Origin: Ranitomeya imitator
Lineage: Eukaryota
Reading direction: 5' to 3'
NCBI RefSeq assembly: GCF_032444005.1
Contig: NC_091287.1
Location: 329,344,001-329,408,000, forward strand
Length of the DNA: 64,000 nt
The translations under genes and the position numbers were made by a program. Under the pieces are notes generated by a model, which made no database searches, was not told the DNA's origin, and worked only from the letters and a program-made list of their open reading frames with translations. Positions 48,323-59,158 of the stretch are shown here, piece by piece. Numbering within the stretch: the first letter of the stretch is position 1; every line of letters begins with the position of its first letter.

Positions 48323-50213
48323 CTCTGATCTGGTGGGGGGGAGGCTTTCGAACTTTGTTCACAGTTGGCAGAACATCTCCAACAGCCCTTGGGTGGTGAG
48401 TGTCATCCATCAGGGTCTTCTGATAGAGTTCGATGCGCCTCCTCCCAGGATCTTAAGAGTCACCTCCCCGCCATCTCGGGAGACTCAAAAACTGATGATG
48501 GCAGGAATACAGGACTTACTAGACTCGAGAGCTATTTCTGTGGTCCCGGTAAACGAGCAAGGGAAGGGACACTATTCCCGTATCTTCATGGTAAAAAAGC
48601 CTTCTGGGCAGGCTCGGATTATAATAAATCTAAAAGCTCTCAACAAATAGATAACTTACCGCAAATTCAAAATGGAGTCAGTAAAAACAGCCATCCCTCT
48701 GATAGCTCCTCATTCCTATATGGCAACAATAGACCTCAAGGATGCCTATTTCCATATTCCAATGCATCCTCGCCACAGGAAATACCTAAGATTTACGGTC
48801 CAATTCAATCAAAAGGTCCTACATTTCCAATACAATGTTCTCCCCTTCGGGATCTCCTCGGCCCCAAGGGTTTTCTCCAGAGTCATGGCGGAAGCTGTAG
48901 CTCACATCAGGAACCAAGACGTCGCTATAGTGCCGTACTTGGACAACCTTTTAATAATTGGTCCTTCCGCTGAAATTCTCAATCAGAGAATTTCCAAAAC
49001 TCTGAACATCTTGCAGCTTTTGGGTTGGATACCCAATCTAAAGAAGTCTCAACTATTACCTTCAAAGGTGATAAAATTCCTCGGAGTCCTTTTGGACTCG
49101 GAAAATCAAAAATCTTTTCTACCAGAGGAACACCAGAGGAACCTGATATCCAAGGTCCTAGACTTCAAGAAACAACGGTCTCCGACTCTGCGGACTGCAA
49201 TGTCTCTTCTGGGGTCGATGACGGCCTGTATACAATCAGTCCAGTGGGCTCAAAGCCACTCCAGAGTTCTGCAGGCACACATCCTAGGAAATTGGAACGG
49301 AAATCCAAATTTCCTGAACAGAAGAGTCTACACTCCAGGGAAGGTAAAGGCCTCGTTAACCTGGTGGGTGATCCAATCAAACCTGCTAAAAGGAGTGGAC
49401 TGGATACAAGATCCGCTGGTAACAGTGACAACAGATGCCAGTCAAAAAGGTTGGGGAGCAGTGGTTTCGCAAATCCCATTCCAGGGTCACTGGAATCGGG
49501 AAGAAAGCTCCAATTCCTCCAACTTCAGAGAATTGATGGCAGTGGAGAGGGCCCTTCTGGCAGCCAGCAGTATCATCATAGGTCAACATGTCAGAGTCTA
49601 CTCAGACAATATGATGACTGTAGCACATCTAAAACACCAGGGGAGTCTGAAGTTCAACCATTTGAGAGCAATATCAAACAGAATTTTTTGCTGGGCAGAG
49701 AAACATCTCCTCTCACTATCAGCAATACATCTCAAAGGGTCAGTAAACATTCATGCGGATCTCCTAAGTCGTCACGATTTACATCCAGGAGAATGGAGCC
49801 TGAAGACAGACGTTTTCAGAATGTTGACAGACAGATGGGGACTCCCCGACATAGATCTTCTAGCGTCAAGCCAGAATGCACAGGTCAAGAACTACTTCTC
49901 TCTAGACCCCAAAGACAGGTCTCAAGGAATAGATGCCTTTGCTCATACATGGAGGTTCCATCTAGCGTACGTGTTTCCTCCAATACCTTTGCTTGCAAAA
50001 ACCCTCAGGAAGATCCGAGACGATCAGGTCCCGACTATCCTAGTAGCTCCGGCATGGCCAAAGAGGAGCTGGTATCACCTCATCAGAGAACTGAAGGTGG
50101 ATGGTCCAGTTTTTCTTCAAAAATCAGAAGATCTACTCTGCCAGGGCCCCTTTCATCATCTGGAGCCGCAGAAATTCAAGCTGGCAGCCTGGCTATTGAA
50201 GCCCAGGAACTAA
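48126..50213 (+). pseudogene. DIRS ORF2: reverse transcriptase, RNase H and methyltransferase-like domain
   Basis: IDLKDAYFHIP, LPFGISSAPRVF, YLDN (catalytic YxDD changed), TTDASQKGWG, NFRELMAV, VYSDN, and C-terminal IDLLAS...DAF...YVFPP...LVAPAWPKRSWY. In-frame TAG at 48648-48650. Confidence 0.92.
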
Positions 50214-51199
50214 GAGCTAAAGGTCTTTCAGAGTCAGTAATCTCTACTTTACAGAAATCTAGAAAACCTGTCACCAATGCTATATATAGCAAAATTTGGA
50301 AGAGATTCTCCTCGTGGTGTCATCCTGACCCTTTCCATCCTAATATCTCACAAATATTAGATTTTCTACAAAAAGGATTGGAGTTGGGGCTGAAGCCAAG
50401 TACCTTTAAGGTCCAAGTGTCAGCTTTGAGTTCTGTCTTCGACCAAGACCTTGCAGGTCACCGTTGGATAAAACGGTTTATGGTCTCAGCATCAAGACAT
50501 TGTCCAAGAAAACAAATCTTTGTACCATCATGGGACTTAAACATAGTTCTAAAGGGTCTTATGGCTCCTCCATTTGAGCCGTTATCATCTTGTTCCTCAC
50601 AGCTTCTGTCCTGCGAGACTGCTTTTTTAGTTGCAATTTCTACTGCAAGACGAGTGGGGGAAATACAAGCCCTTTCAATTAGAGAACCTTATCTTACCAT
50701 AAGAGATGATTCCATTGTGTTCCGACCAGATCCATGTTTTCTTCCGAAAGTAGTGTCAGAATTTCATCGATCACAGGATATAGTCCTCCCATCGTTCTGT
50801 CACAATCCTTCAAATCCGGAAGAACACAGATTTCATACATTGGATGTACGGCGTATAATGCTATACTACTTGGAACAAACTAAATCCTTCGTTCATCTAT
50901 CTGGCTGAAACAAGGGCAAGAAGGTAGCGAAGAATACCATTGCCAACTGGATAAAGAAGGCCATTACTGAAGCATACCTAGCTCAGAATATTGCGATTCC
51001 TGCGGGCCTAAAGGCTCATTCCACCAGATCTACTTCTGTCTCCTGGGCTGAAAGGGCTGGTGCTTCAACAGAGCAGATTTGCAGGGCTGCAACATGGTCT
51101 TCTCTACACACATTTACTAAGCATTATAGATTGGACTTCTGGTCCAACCGGGATTTTGCCTTTGGCCGAAAGGTTCTTCAGGCTGTAGTCCCTCCCTAA
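49025..51199 (+). pseudogene. DIRS ORF3: tyrosine recombinase overlapping ORF2
   Basis: STARRVGE (catalytic R), HSTR, TWSS and TKHY motifs. An in-frame TGA at 50906-50908 separates the H-x-x-R...Y part, which ends VVPP* at 51199. Confidence 0.9.
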
Positions 51200-52454
51200 A
51201 TACAGAATTGGTTGGCATTCCTGCTGTGGCTGTCGTGGAAGGCTGCTAGAGAAAATAGAATTATTCTTACCGTTAATTCGGTTTCTAGAAGCCTTCCACG
51301 ACAGCATTAATTCCCTCCCGATGTTCTTGGATATATGTTCTGAGAACCTAAAGGTAACCGGTGCTATGGGTTCAGTTGTAAGTCACTGGTTAATGGAAGG
51401 TAGGAGGGGTTTTTAACCTCTTGTGCTTCCTGTCCCCCATTAGGGTATGGAGACAACCTCCTGTGGCTGTCGTGGAAGGCTTCTAGAAACCGAATTAACG
51501 GTAAGAATAATTCTATTTTTTAGTGCAGGAATAGGAGCAATGAGATGCTGCGGTCTTCTGGCTCCTCTCTATTGCGGTAACCCTGTGAAAGCCAGCTAGC
51601 TTACATCAGTTTACTAATGTGAATATATGTGAAGATAACTTTTACATTATTAAGGCTGTGTCTGCATTAAAGAGCTTGAAAGTAATTGGATATGTTACTA
51701 TAAGACCTAAGAGTATGATTAACATCTAGATATAAGCAGTTCAGGCAAAATATAAATTTGTCCGATAGCATGATTTTTCCTTGGAAAATCCATTCGCAGT
51801 GAAGTTATTTTCCATGAATTTAATATCCATTATTATTCTCTGATGTCTCTTCAGTCTCCAGAGCATAATATATATAATTTGTAAAAAATAAGATAAAAAT
51901 TGTTATATTCACCTCACCATTGACCTATCTTGCCACCATTTTGCTGAATTACAAAAATCTGGATTTTAGCAAATGCAAATTTTTGTAAAATTAGCGTACA
52001 AATCAATTCCACTCGAATTTGTTCACTCATCTCTATACCCACCTTTTTGGACTCTTGGAGTATCTGCAATTTCCTGTAAATTTATACTCCCCAAATTATA
52101 TTTTTGAGGAACAAAATTGCCTATGCTGGCAAATTAGAATTTTTAAATATTTGATTATCTCTATTAGTGACCATGTAGAGTGTATTAAGGTAGAATTTGA
52201 ATATTTGCATATGATTCTAAGCTCTGCAAACAAATCAACAGAAAGAAGAATAATTTAATACTACTTATGGATTTGAGGATGCCGGAGGCTTAGGTCATGA
52301 AATAGCAATTAAAGTTTAATGTTTTACTGTAGATAAATATAAGACAATGCTTTTGGGCCAACGAATCAAAAATTACAATTGTGTACTAACTGGTAAACAC
52401 TGGGTAAAACTGTCACTGAAGCGTCTTTTGTGTATTGGTGGACAACAAACTCAA

Positions 52455-52720
52455 CTATAGTGAACAATGCCAAGCAGTCCTGCCACCAAGCTTAATAAAA
52501 TCATGAGATGCATTACAAAAGGCATACATACTCATGACACTGTACAAGTCTCTAGTGCAGCAACACTTGGAATAATGTGTATAGTTTTGGGCTTCTGTGT
52601 ATGATAGGGACTTGCTTGAACTAGAAATGGTGCAGAAAGGAGCTTTCAAGGCTATTAAGGAATTGGGTGGAGTGAAATAACAATAAACATTTTCAATATG
52701 GAAAAAGGAAGACTTATGGC
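52455..52720 (+). mobile_element. CR1 ORF2 C-terminal remnant
   Basis: Degenerate LYKSLV..HLE..V.FWA...ELEMVQ...EKGRL pattern. Confidence 0.65.
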
Positions 52721-53584
52721 TGTTAGGGCTAGTGGAACGCACCAAATAATAAGACAGATGGAGTAAGGTGCGTTCGCAGCCCGGGGTCCACCGTGCAGAG
52801 ATGGAACCTGGTGCCAAGTAATGACGGACTATATGGCGGCACAATATGAATACACACATGGGTTAACCTCACCCTGTGTGACGGTAGCGAACCCTGTTGC
52901 GTCACAGGACTGCGGTACCGCACCAAAAGCGCAAGCAAGGAGTCTTAGAACTCAATCCCAAGACACAGGATTTGAGTACATCTAGACCTCATGCGCTCGA
53001 CACCGCTACTGAGGTGTCAAAGTGACTGAAATAATTATAATAAAGAAGCACGAGAGTGCATGCGGTGCCGCACTGGCGAAAGCCAGTCAACAACACTAGG
53101 AATGGGAATGATTTAGGAGCTTACATCCATCAACACACACACATTATCAAGTCTATACTAGCGCATGGCTGTGCGGTCATGCGCAGCTTATATAGTTGCA
53201 GCACGTTCAGGATCGTCCAATAAAGGACCAATGGGAAGCTGCTACCGAAGTTTTGCACTTTCATGACCTTCCTGGAGGACCAATGGGATGTGCTGCAGTA
53301 CCTGAGCATGTGACCCTCGATCTCCAACGGGAGATCTTGCCCTGGGCATGCTCAGAAAGAGAAAAGCAGGACTTAGTCCCAAAAGCATCCGCTCGCCGCT
53401 GCCCAACACTGACTTCAAAGGCAGAAGCAGGAAAAGCAGCAGTAACTCTTTGTACAGAGTGGGACTGAGCAAGACGCTGGGACCGACGTCTCTGCTGAGC
53501 AGACTCCACTGCGGCTGGAGAAGAATGGGAGACCGCAGCGGAGATGGCTCAAGATTCCCCCTGTGCAGAAGTGGGAACTCGACA
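52721..53584 (-). mobile_element. Solo LTR related to the 7163-8800 LTRs
   Basis: TGTTAGGGC...TCGACA; shares the GTGGACCCCGGGCTGCGAACGCACCT...TATTTGGTGCGTTCC.CTAGCCCTAACA end in reverse. No matching TSD seen. Confidence 0.7.
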
Positions 53585-54751
53585 CTTAACACACTATTTG
53601 GCCAAATTCTGTGCAAAGCGTCTCAAATATTTTTCCTAATGTTCAAAAAGCCATTTTGCTATTCTTATTTCATGTATTTCATATTCGACATGCTTTGGCA
53701 CGATAGAGTGCAACCTTTTTTTGTATATTGCATATGTTTATTTTTAAGGGCACTGGGTCAGGATGTGCTGCAGAAAACCGGAGAAGATGGAAGTCTGTAG
53801 AGACAAGCTAAGGATGTGAGAAGTCATGATGGCGTCTGGAAAAGATGGAGACAAAAACAAACAGAATGACTCAAATCATGGAAGATATCACTTGTAAGGT
53901 TCCTTGATGTAAATATTTATTTGTGATCCAGTCTGTGTCTCATCAGTGCTGTGGTTCCTGTATGGTCCGCAGTCTGATACAGACTGATAACAACAACTAT
54001 ATTATTTTTATCATTGTTAAGGAGATACTGGGAGTTGTAGGTTCGTGTGATTCAATTGTATATGGGGCCATCCTGACATTACAATTGATTGCTGTACTAA
54101 GCTTTGTTATTATATTCAAGTACTTATGGTGGTTCTAGTGCTGCATTCATGTACTGGTGTTGTGTTTATTTATTTACTAGTGGTTGTTCTAGTGACCTAT
54201 TTATTTTCTGATGATCGTCCTGGTGCTGTATTTATATACTATTGATGGCTCTGGTGTTCTATTTATGTACTGATGATGAATTTCGTTTTGTATTGTAAGA
54301 CTCATGCTGGTGTGGTAGATGGAGGCAGGTATATCTCGCCCAGGTGTTTGTCCTATGTGAATTAGGCCACTCAGTATCTTCAGGGTGCTAATGGGTTAAT
54401 GATTGCAGGAATAAAAGATGACCAGCTGGGTGTTTCCAGTGTCTGCCTGGGGCACACAGATTGCCTGCCTGTGTGAGACAAACGTGAGTGAAGAGCTCTG
54501 CTCAAGATCTGTATGATGTTAGCTGGGTGGGAGAAGCCCCCCCAGTTGTTGAGATAGCAACGTATTTGTTTAGTAAGTGCCGGACAGGCTAGGGTTTATT
54601 TTTATGTTTTGTTTTTTGTGTTGCTTTCACGTTAATAAATCTGACCTGAGGTCAGCCTGCTCAGAAACCTGCTGTACGCCTCAGATTCAATGCACAAACC
54701 ACGTGTCCTTTGACCCCAGCAAAGGCGATCCCAGAGTGTTTTGTCACATTG

Positions 54752-54769
54752 TGGTGGAGAACGCGGGCA
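54752..54769 (+). promoter_or_regulatory. Primer-binding site, probably tRNA-Ala
   Basis: TGGTGGAGAACGCGGGCA, 3 nt after the 5' LTR. It resembles the complement of a vertebrate tRNA-Ala(AGC) 3' end (from memory, not searched). Confidence 0.8.
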
Positions 54770-54790
54770 TACCGTGGCACAGGCGACAGC

Positions 54791-57700
54791 ATGGAAGACG
54801 TGGTGAAAGCCTTAGTACAGTCCACTGCCGTACAGCAGCAGGCCACTGCCGCACAGCACGAAGCTAATCGCTTGATGGCCGCACAGCTGAAGGAGTTACT
54901 GGACATGACGGTTGCAGACCGCCAACTTCTCCAACAGGTGGCGCAGCGCCTGGTGAGTATGCCTGACGCTGACCCGGAAGCAGAGTCCAGAAGGATCCAT
55001 GTGAGTCGATACTGGCAAAAGCTGACTGCAGAAGATGACGTTGAGGCATATCTGACAACTTTTGAGCGGACGGCATTGAGAGAGAAGTGGCCGAAGGCAC
55101 GATGGGCCGATTTGATTGCCCCGTTTCTCTCCGGCGAGGCCCAAAAAGCTTACCATGATTTGGACCCGGAGGTCGCTCAGGACTTTGAGAAGCTGAAAGC
55201 TGAGATCCTGGCCCGGCTGGGTGTGACGACGGCTGTCCGTGCACAGAGGGTACATCAGTGGACATACCAGCAAGATAAACCAGCGCGGTCTCAGATGTTC
55301 GACCTGATCTACTTGACAAAGAAATGGCTGCAACCCGAGGTACTGACAATACCCGAAATAATCCAGCGGGTTGTCCTGGACAAGTACCTGAGAGTACTAC
55401 CCCCAGCGCTGAAAAGGTGGGTAAGCCAAGGAAATCCCACGACAGCGGATCAACTTGTGGAGTTGGTCGAGCGTTATTCCGTGGCAGAAGGACTTCCCGA
55501 CGACACCGCCAAACCCCGGACTGTGCCTCCTCCTCGTGGAACCGGTAAGACTGTTCCAGGGACCACGGGTGAAGGAAAATCGCTTAAAACTGTGGGGGAG
55601 GAGTCCGGGACTGCTCGCACTCCGAGACCAAGAGTATTGGACGGTGGTCTCAGTAGGGGACCTGTTAGGTGTTTCCGCTGCCATGAGAAGGGTCATGTTT
55701 CTGCGAACTGTCCTGTTACCGCTGAACCCATGCAGTGCGACGTTATAGACTCTAGAAAACGCATGTCTTTGGTTACACAGCTAGTGAGTGTGAATGCGGG
55801 TCAAAATGATACAGTGAAACACCTGTGTGAATTATCTGTTGATGGGAAAAATGTTGTGGCATTACTAGACTCTGGAAGTGTGGTGACTCTGGTGAAAGCT
55901 AGTCTGGTGGCACTTCCGTCTGGTCCGTCTGACAAGTTTTCTGTGACGTGTGTGCATGGTGACACCCGCTCGTACTTAACAGCGGTCATATGGATTTCTA
56001 CTCCCTATGGGTCAGTGCAGCACAAAGTGGGACTCGTTCCCGCATTGTTACATGATGTAATCCTGGGCAGGGATTTTCCCTATTTCTGGCAGTTGTGGGA
56101 GAATCAGTTACTCCTTCACGGTAGCTGTACCCGTGAATCTTCTCCCATGCCATCTGGAGGTCCCGAGTCCCTAGAGGAGACCCCACAGGAAGATGTTGCT
56201 GGGGAGGTTAGTGAATCTAACCTTCAGTACCCCTTCTCCGTCATGGCGGGGGAAACAGAGGAAACTGAGGAACCTCAGCGAGAGGCGGAGGCAGACAGCC
56301 ATCCGGCACCCTGCCTGCCAGATTTGGGAGTCCAGGTGGATGACTTCCACAGCGAGCAAATGAAAGATCCTACCCTGACTCCGGCTAGGAAAAATGTAAA
56401 AATGATAGATGGGGTACCCGTAGAACCTGACACTAGGCTAGCGTACCCGTATATGGTTCTTGAAAATGATTTGCTCTACCAGGTAGAAAAAAAAGGGGAA
56501 GACACAGTGCAACGGTTAGTGGTACCCAAACCTTATCGGCGGAAGGTACTGGATTTGGCCCACGGACATATAATGGGGGGACATCTGGGGGTACAGAAAA
56601 CCACAGAAAGGATATTGCATTGTTTTGTGTGGCCTGGAATACATTGTGATGTCCGTAACTATTGTGAGTCCTGTCCAGAGTGCCAAATCGCGGCCCCTAA
56701 ATCTCAGTTCCGTAGCCCTTTGGTACCCCTTCCTATCATCGGGGTCCCTTTTGAGAGAATTGGGATGGATTTGGTTGGGCCCCTTCCCCGATCCGCACGT
56801 GGGCACCAACATATCCTCGTCATCGTGGACTATGCCACTCGTTACCCGGAAGCCGTCCCTTTGCGTAACACAGCTACCAAGACGATCGCCAAGGAATTGG
56901 TACAAGTGTTTAGTCGGGTGGGAATTCCAAAACAGATACTCACCGACCAGGGGACTCCCTTTATGTCGAGGGTAATGAAGGAGCTCTGCAGGCTCTTACA
57001 AATAGACCCGTTGCGTACGTCTGTCTATCACCCTCAAACAGATGGCCTGGTTGAGCGCTTCAACAAAACCTTAAAACAGATGCTCCGGAAGGCGATAGAC
57101 AAAGATGGGAAGAACTGGGATTACTTGTTACCCTATTTGCTGTTTGCCATTAGGGAAGTTCCCCAGTCTTCCACAGGATTTTCGCCTTTCGAACTGTTGT
57201 ACGCCCGTCGTCCCCGGGGACTGCTGGACGTCGCAAAAGAAACCTGGGAAGGTCAAGTCACTCCCTTTAAAACGGTGATCGACCATGTAACACAAATGCA
57301 GGATCGTATTGCCGCTGTCATGCCCATTGTTAGGGACCATATGTTACAGGCCCAGGGAGCCCAGAGGCAAAGTTATGATAGAGGCGCTAAGGTCCGTACA
57401 TTTGCACCCGGCGATAGGGTGTTGGTCCTAATCCCTACGGTGGATAGTAAATTCCTGGCGAAATGGCAGGGCCCATTTGAGGTCCGAGAAAGAGTTGGTG
57501 AAGTGAACTATAAAGTGTACCAGCCGGGTAAGAGAAAACCGGAACAGATTTATCATGTGAATCTGATAAAATCCTGGAAAGACCGCTCTGCCCTAACGGC
57601 GGATCTGCCCCGTCCGGTTTGTTCACTTACTGTACCAGAGGTGCAGGTTGCTGAGACTCTCTCAGAACGACAAAAATCTGAGGTTAAGCAATTTTTGTTA

Positions 57701-59158
57701 CAGAACCGACAGTTTTTCTCCGAAAAACCTGGCCGGACGAAGTTGGTGAAACATGAGATTGTCACAGAGCCTGGCGTCACTGTTCATGTGAAGCCCTACC
57801 GGATTCCGGAAGCCCGCCGTGAAGCCGTCTCCCGGGAAGTGATGGCAATGTTGGACTTAGGAGTCATTGAGGAGTCACACAGCGCCTGGTCCAGTCCAAT
57901 TGTGTTGATACCTAAACCGGATGGCTCCATCCGGTTTTGTAATGACTTTAGAAAACTGAATGCAGTTTCTAAATTTGATGCGTACCCTATGCCCCGGGTC
58001 GATGAGTTGATCGACCGGCTTGGTAAAGCCCGATACATTACGACCCTGGATTTAACAAAGGGGTACTGGCAGATTCCTCTGGCTGAGGCGGCCAGAGAGA
58101 AGACGGCATTTGCTACACCGGAAGGTCTGTTCCAGTATGTCTATATGCCGTTTGGACTTCACGGAGCTCCCGCAACGTTCCAGAGATTGATGGATCGAGT
58201 CTTGAGGCCTCACAGACAGTACGCTTCTGCCTACCTGGATGACATCGTAATTTACAGCATGGACTGGGAAACTCATCTCCAGAAGGTACAAGCCGTGATT
58301 GATGACCTGCGAGATGCAGGTTTAACGGCAAACCCCAAGAAATGCCACATCGGGCTTGAAGAAGCCCGATACTTGGGCTACGTGATTGGCCGAGGAGTGG
58401 TTAAACCCCAGATCGACAAAATACAGGCAATTCAGGGCTGGCCACAACCAGTGAACAAGAAACAAGTGCAGGCTTTCCTGGGGATTGCCGGCTATTATCG
58501 CCGGTTCATACCCAATTTTGCAGCCATGGCTACTCCCTTGACGGATCTTACCAAGGGGAAGGGTTCCGTCATGGTAAAATGGACCTCAGCTGCTGAAGAG
58601 GCCTTCCACAGCCTGAAACGGGCTTTGTGCTCTCAGCCCGTACTAGTGACTCCTGATTTCAGCAGCGAGTTTGTGGTACAAACTGATGCCTCTGATACTG
58701 GTGTCGGAGCTGTACTTTCCCAGGTGAGGGACGGAGTCGAACACCCGGTCCTCTATCTCAGTCGGAAACTGAATGTACATGAGCAGAGGTATGCCGTGGT
58801 TGAAAAAGAGTGCCTAGCCATTAAATGGGCTCTCGACTCCCTCAAGTATTACCTGGCTGGTAGGAAGTTTAGGCTGGTCACAGACCATGCCCCTCTCAAG
58901 TGGATGCACCTCCACAAGGACCGTAATAGTCGGGTAACCAGGTGGTTCCTTGCCCTGCAGGCTTACTCTTTTATGGTGGAGCACCGACCTGGGGTGCAGA
59001 TGGGGAACGCCGATGCCCTATCCCGAGTGCACTGTTTCAAAAGTGTTCTTGCTCGACCGGAGTGGTCTGAGCAAGGGGGGGGGATATGTAAGACTCATGC
59101 TGGTGTGGTAGATGGAGGCAGGTATATCTCGCCCAGGTGTTTGTCCTATGTGAATTAG
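54791..59158 (+). CDS. Gag-pol polyprotein, 1455 aa: SCAN-like gag, CCHC knuckle, protease, integrase, RT, RNase H
   Basis: DDVEAYLTTFE...WLQPE..IIQRVVLDKYL (SCAN-like), CFRCHEKGHVSANC, LLDSGS, HHCC plus MDLVGP/DQG/GLVERFN and GPF, YLDD, TDAS...EKECLA...TDH...ADALSR. No stops or frameshifts. Confidence 0.96.
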   Translation: MEDVVKALVQSTAVQQQATAAQHEANRLMAAQLKELLDMTVADRQLLQQVAQRLVSMPDADPEAESRRIHVSRYWQKLTAEDDVEAYLTTFERTALREKWPKARWADLIAPFLSGEAQKAYHDLDPEVAQDFEKLKAEILARLGVTTAVRAQRVHQWTYQQDKPARSQMFDLIYLTKKWLQPEVLTIPEIIQRVVLDKYLRVLPPALKRWVSQGNPTTADQLVELVERYSVAEGLPDDTAKPRTVPPPRGTGKTVPGTTGEGKSLKTVGEESGTARTPRPRVLDGGLSRGPVRCFRCHEKGHVSANCPVTAEPMQCDVIDSRKRMSLVTQLVSVNAGQNDTVKHLCELSVDGKNVVALLDSGSVVTLVKASLVALPSGPSDKFSVTCVHGDTRSYLTAVIWISTPYGSVQHKVGLVPALLHDVILGRDFPYFWQLWENQLLLHGSCTRESSPMPSGGPESLEETPQEDVAGEVSESNLQYPFSVMAGETEETEEPQREAEADSHPAPCLPDLGVQVDDFHSEQMKDPTLTPARKNVKMIDGVPVEPDTRLAYPYMVLENDLLYQVEKKGEDTVQRLVVPKPYRRKVLDLAHGHIMGGHLGVQKTTERILHCFVWPGIHCDVRNYCESCPECQIAAPKSQFRSPLVPLPIIGVPFERIGMDLVGPLPRSARGHQHILVIVDYATRYPEAVPLRNTATKTIAKELVQVFSRVGIPKQILTDQGTPFMSRVMKELCRLLQIDPLRTSVYHPQTDGLVERFNKTLKQMLRKAIDKDGKNWDYLLPYLLFAIREVPQSSTGFSPFELLYARRPRGLLDVAKETWEGQVTPFKTVIDHVTQMQDRIAAVMPIVRDHMLQAQGAQRQSYDRGAKVRTFAPGDRVLVLIPTVDSKFLAKWQGPFEVRERVGEVNYKVYQPGKRKPEQIYHVNLIKSWKDRSALTADLPRPVCSLTVPEVQVAETLSERQKSEVKQFLLQNRQFFSEKPGRTKLVKHEIVTEPGVTVHVKPYRIPEARREAVSREVMAMLDLGVIEESHSAWSSPIVLIPKPDGSIRFCNDFRKLNAVSKFDAYPMPRVDELIDRLGKARYITTLDLTKGYWQIPLAEAAREKTAFATPEGLFQYVYMPFGLHGAPATFQRLMDRVLRPHRQYASAYLDDIVIYSMDWETHLQKVQAVIDDLRDAGLTANPKKCHIGLEEARYLGYVIGRGVVKPQIDKIQAIQGWPQPVNKKQVQAFLGIAGYYRRFIPNFAAMATPLTDLTKGKGSVMVKWTSAAEEAFHSLKRALCSQPVLVTPDFSSEFVVQTDASDTGVGAVLSQVRDGVEHPVLYLSRKLNVHEQRYAVVEKECLAIKWALDSLKYYLAGRKFRLVTDHAPLKWMHLHKDRNSRVTRWFLALQAYSFMVEHRPGVQMGNADALSRVHCFKSVLARPEWSEQGGGICKTHAGVVDGGRYISPRCLSYVN
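59070..59086 (+). promoter_or_regulatory. Polypurine tract
   Basis: AGCAAGGGGGGGGGATA immediately before the 3' LTR. Confidence 0.85.

Larger units (their letters stand above)
45524..51521 (+). mobile_element. Full-length DIRS1-type tyrosine-recombinase retrotransposon
   Basis: Inverted terminal repeats 45524-45631 and 51384-51521. An internal complementary region at 51229-51305 is complementary to the left terminus joined to the extended right terminus. Three ORFs: gag-like, RT-RNaseH-MT and YR. Confidence 0.96.
44947..51590. mobile_element. Solo LTR split by the DIRS element (44947-45523 plus 51522-51590)
   Basis: Starts TGTCACGA and ends CTGTGAAA (decayed GTGACA); flanks CCCAG / GCCAG (4 of 5 match). 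Confidence 0.6.

Noticed and set aside
51655-51712. Exon-like segment (AVSALKSLKVIGYVTIRPK)
   Set aside because: Weak splice sites, unrecognised peptide, and no phase-consistent gene model.
53073-53087. CTGGC-GAAA-GCCAG hairpin as a possible ribozyme part
   Set aside because: No CUGANGA core nearby; an ordinary GNRA-capped stem inside an LTR.
54864-58331. Antisense and alternate-frame ORFs within the Gypsy gag-pol
   Set aside because: Expected shadow ORFs of a long GC-balanced coding sequence; no motifs.
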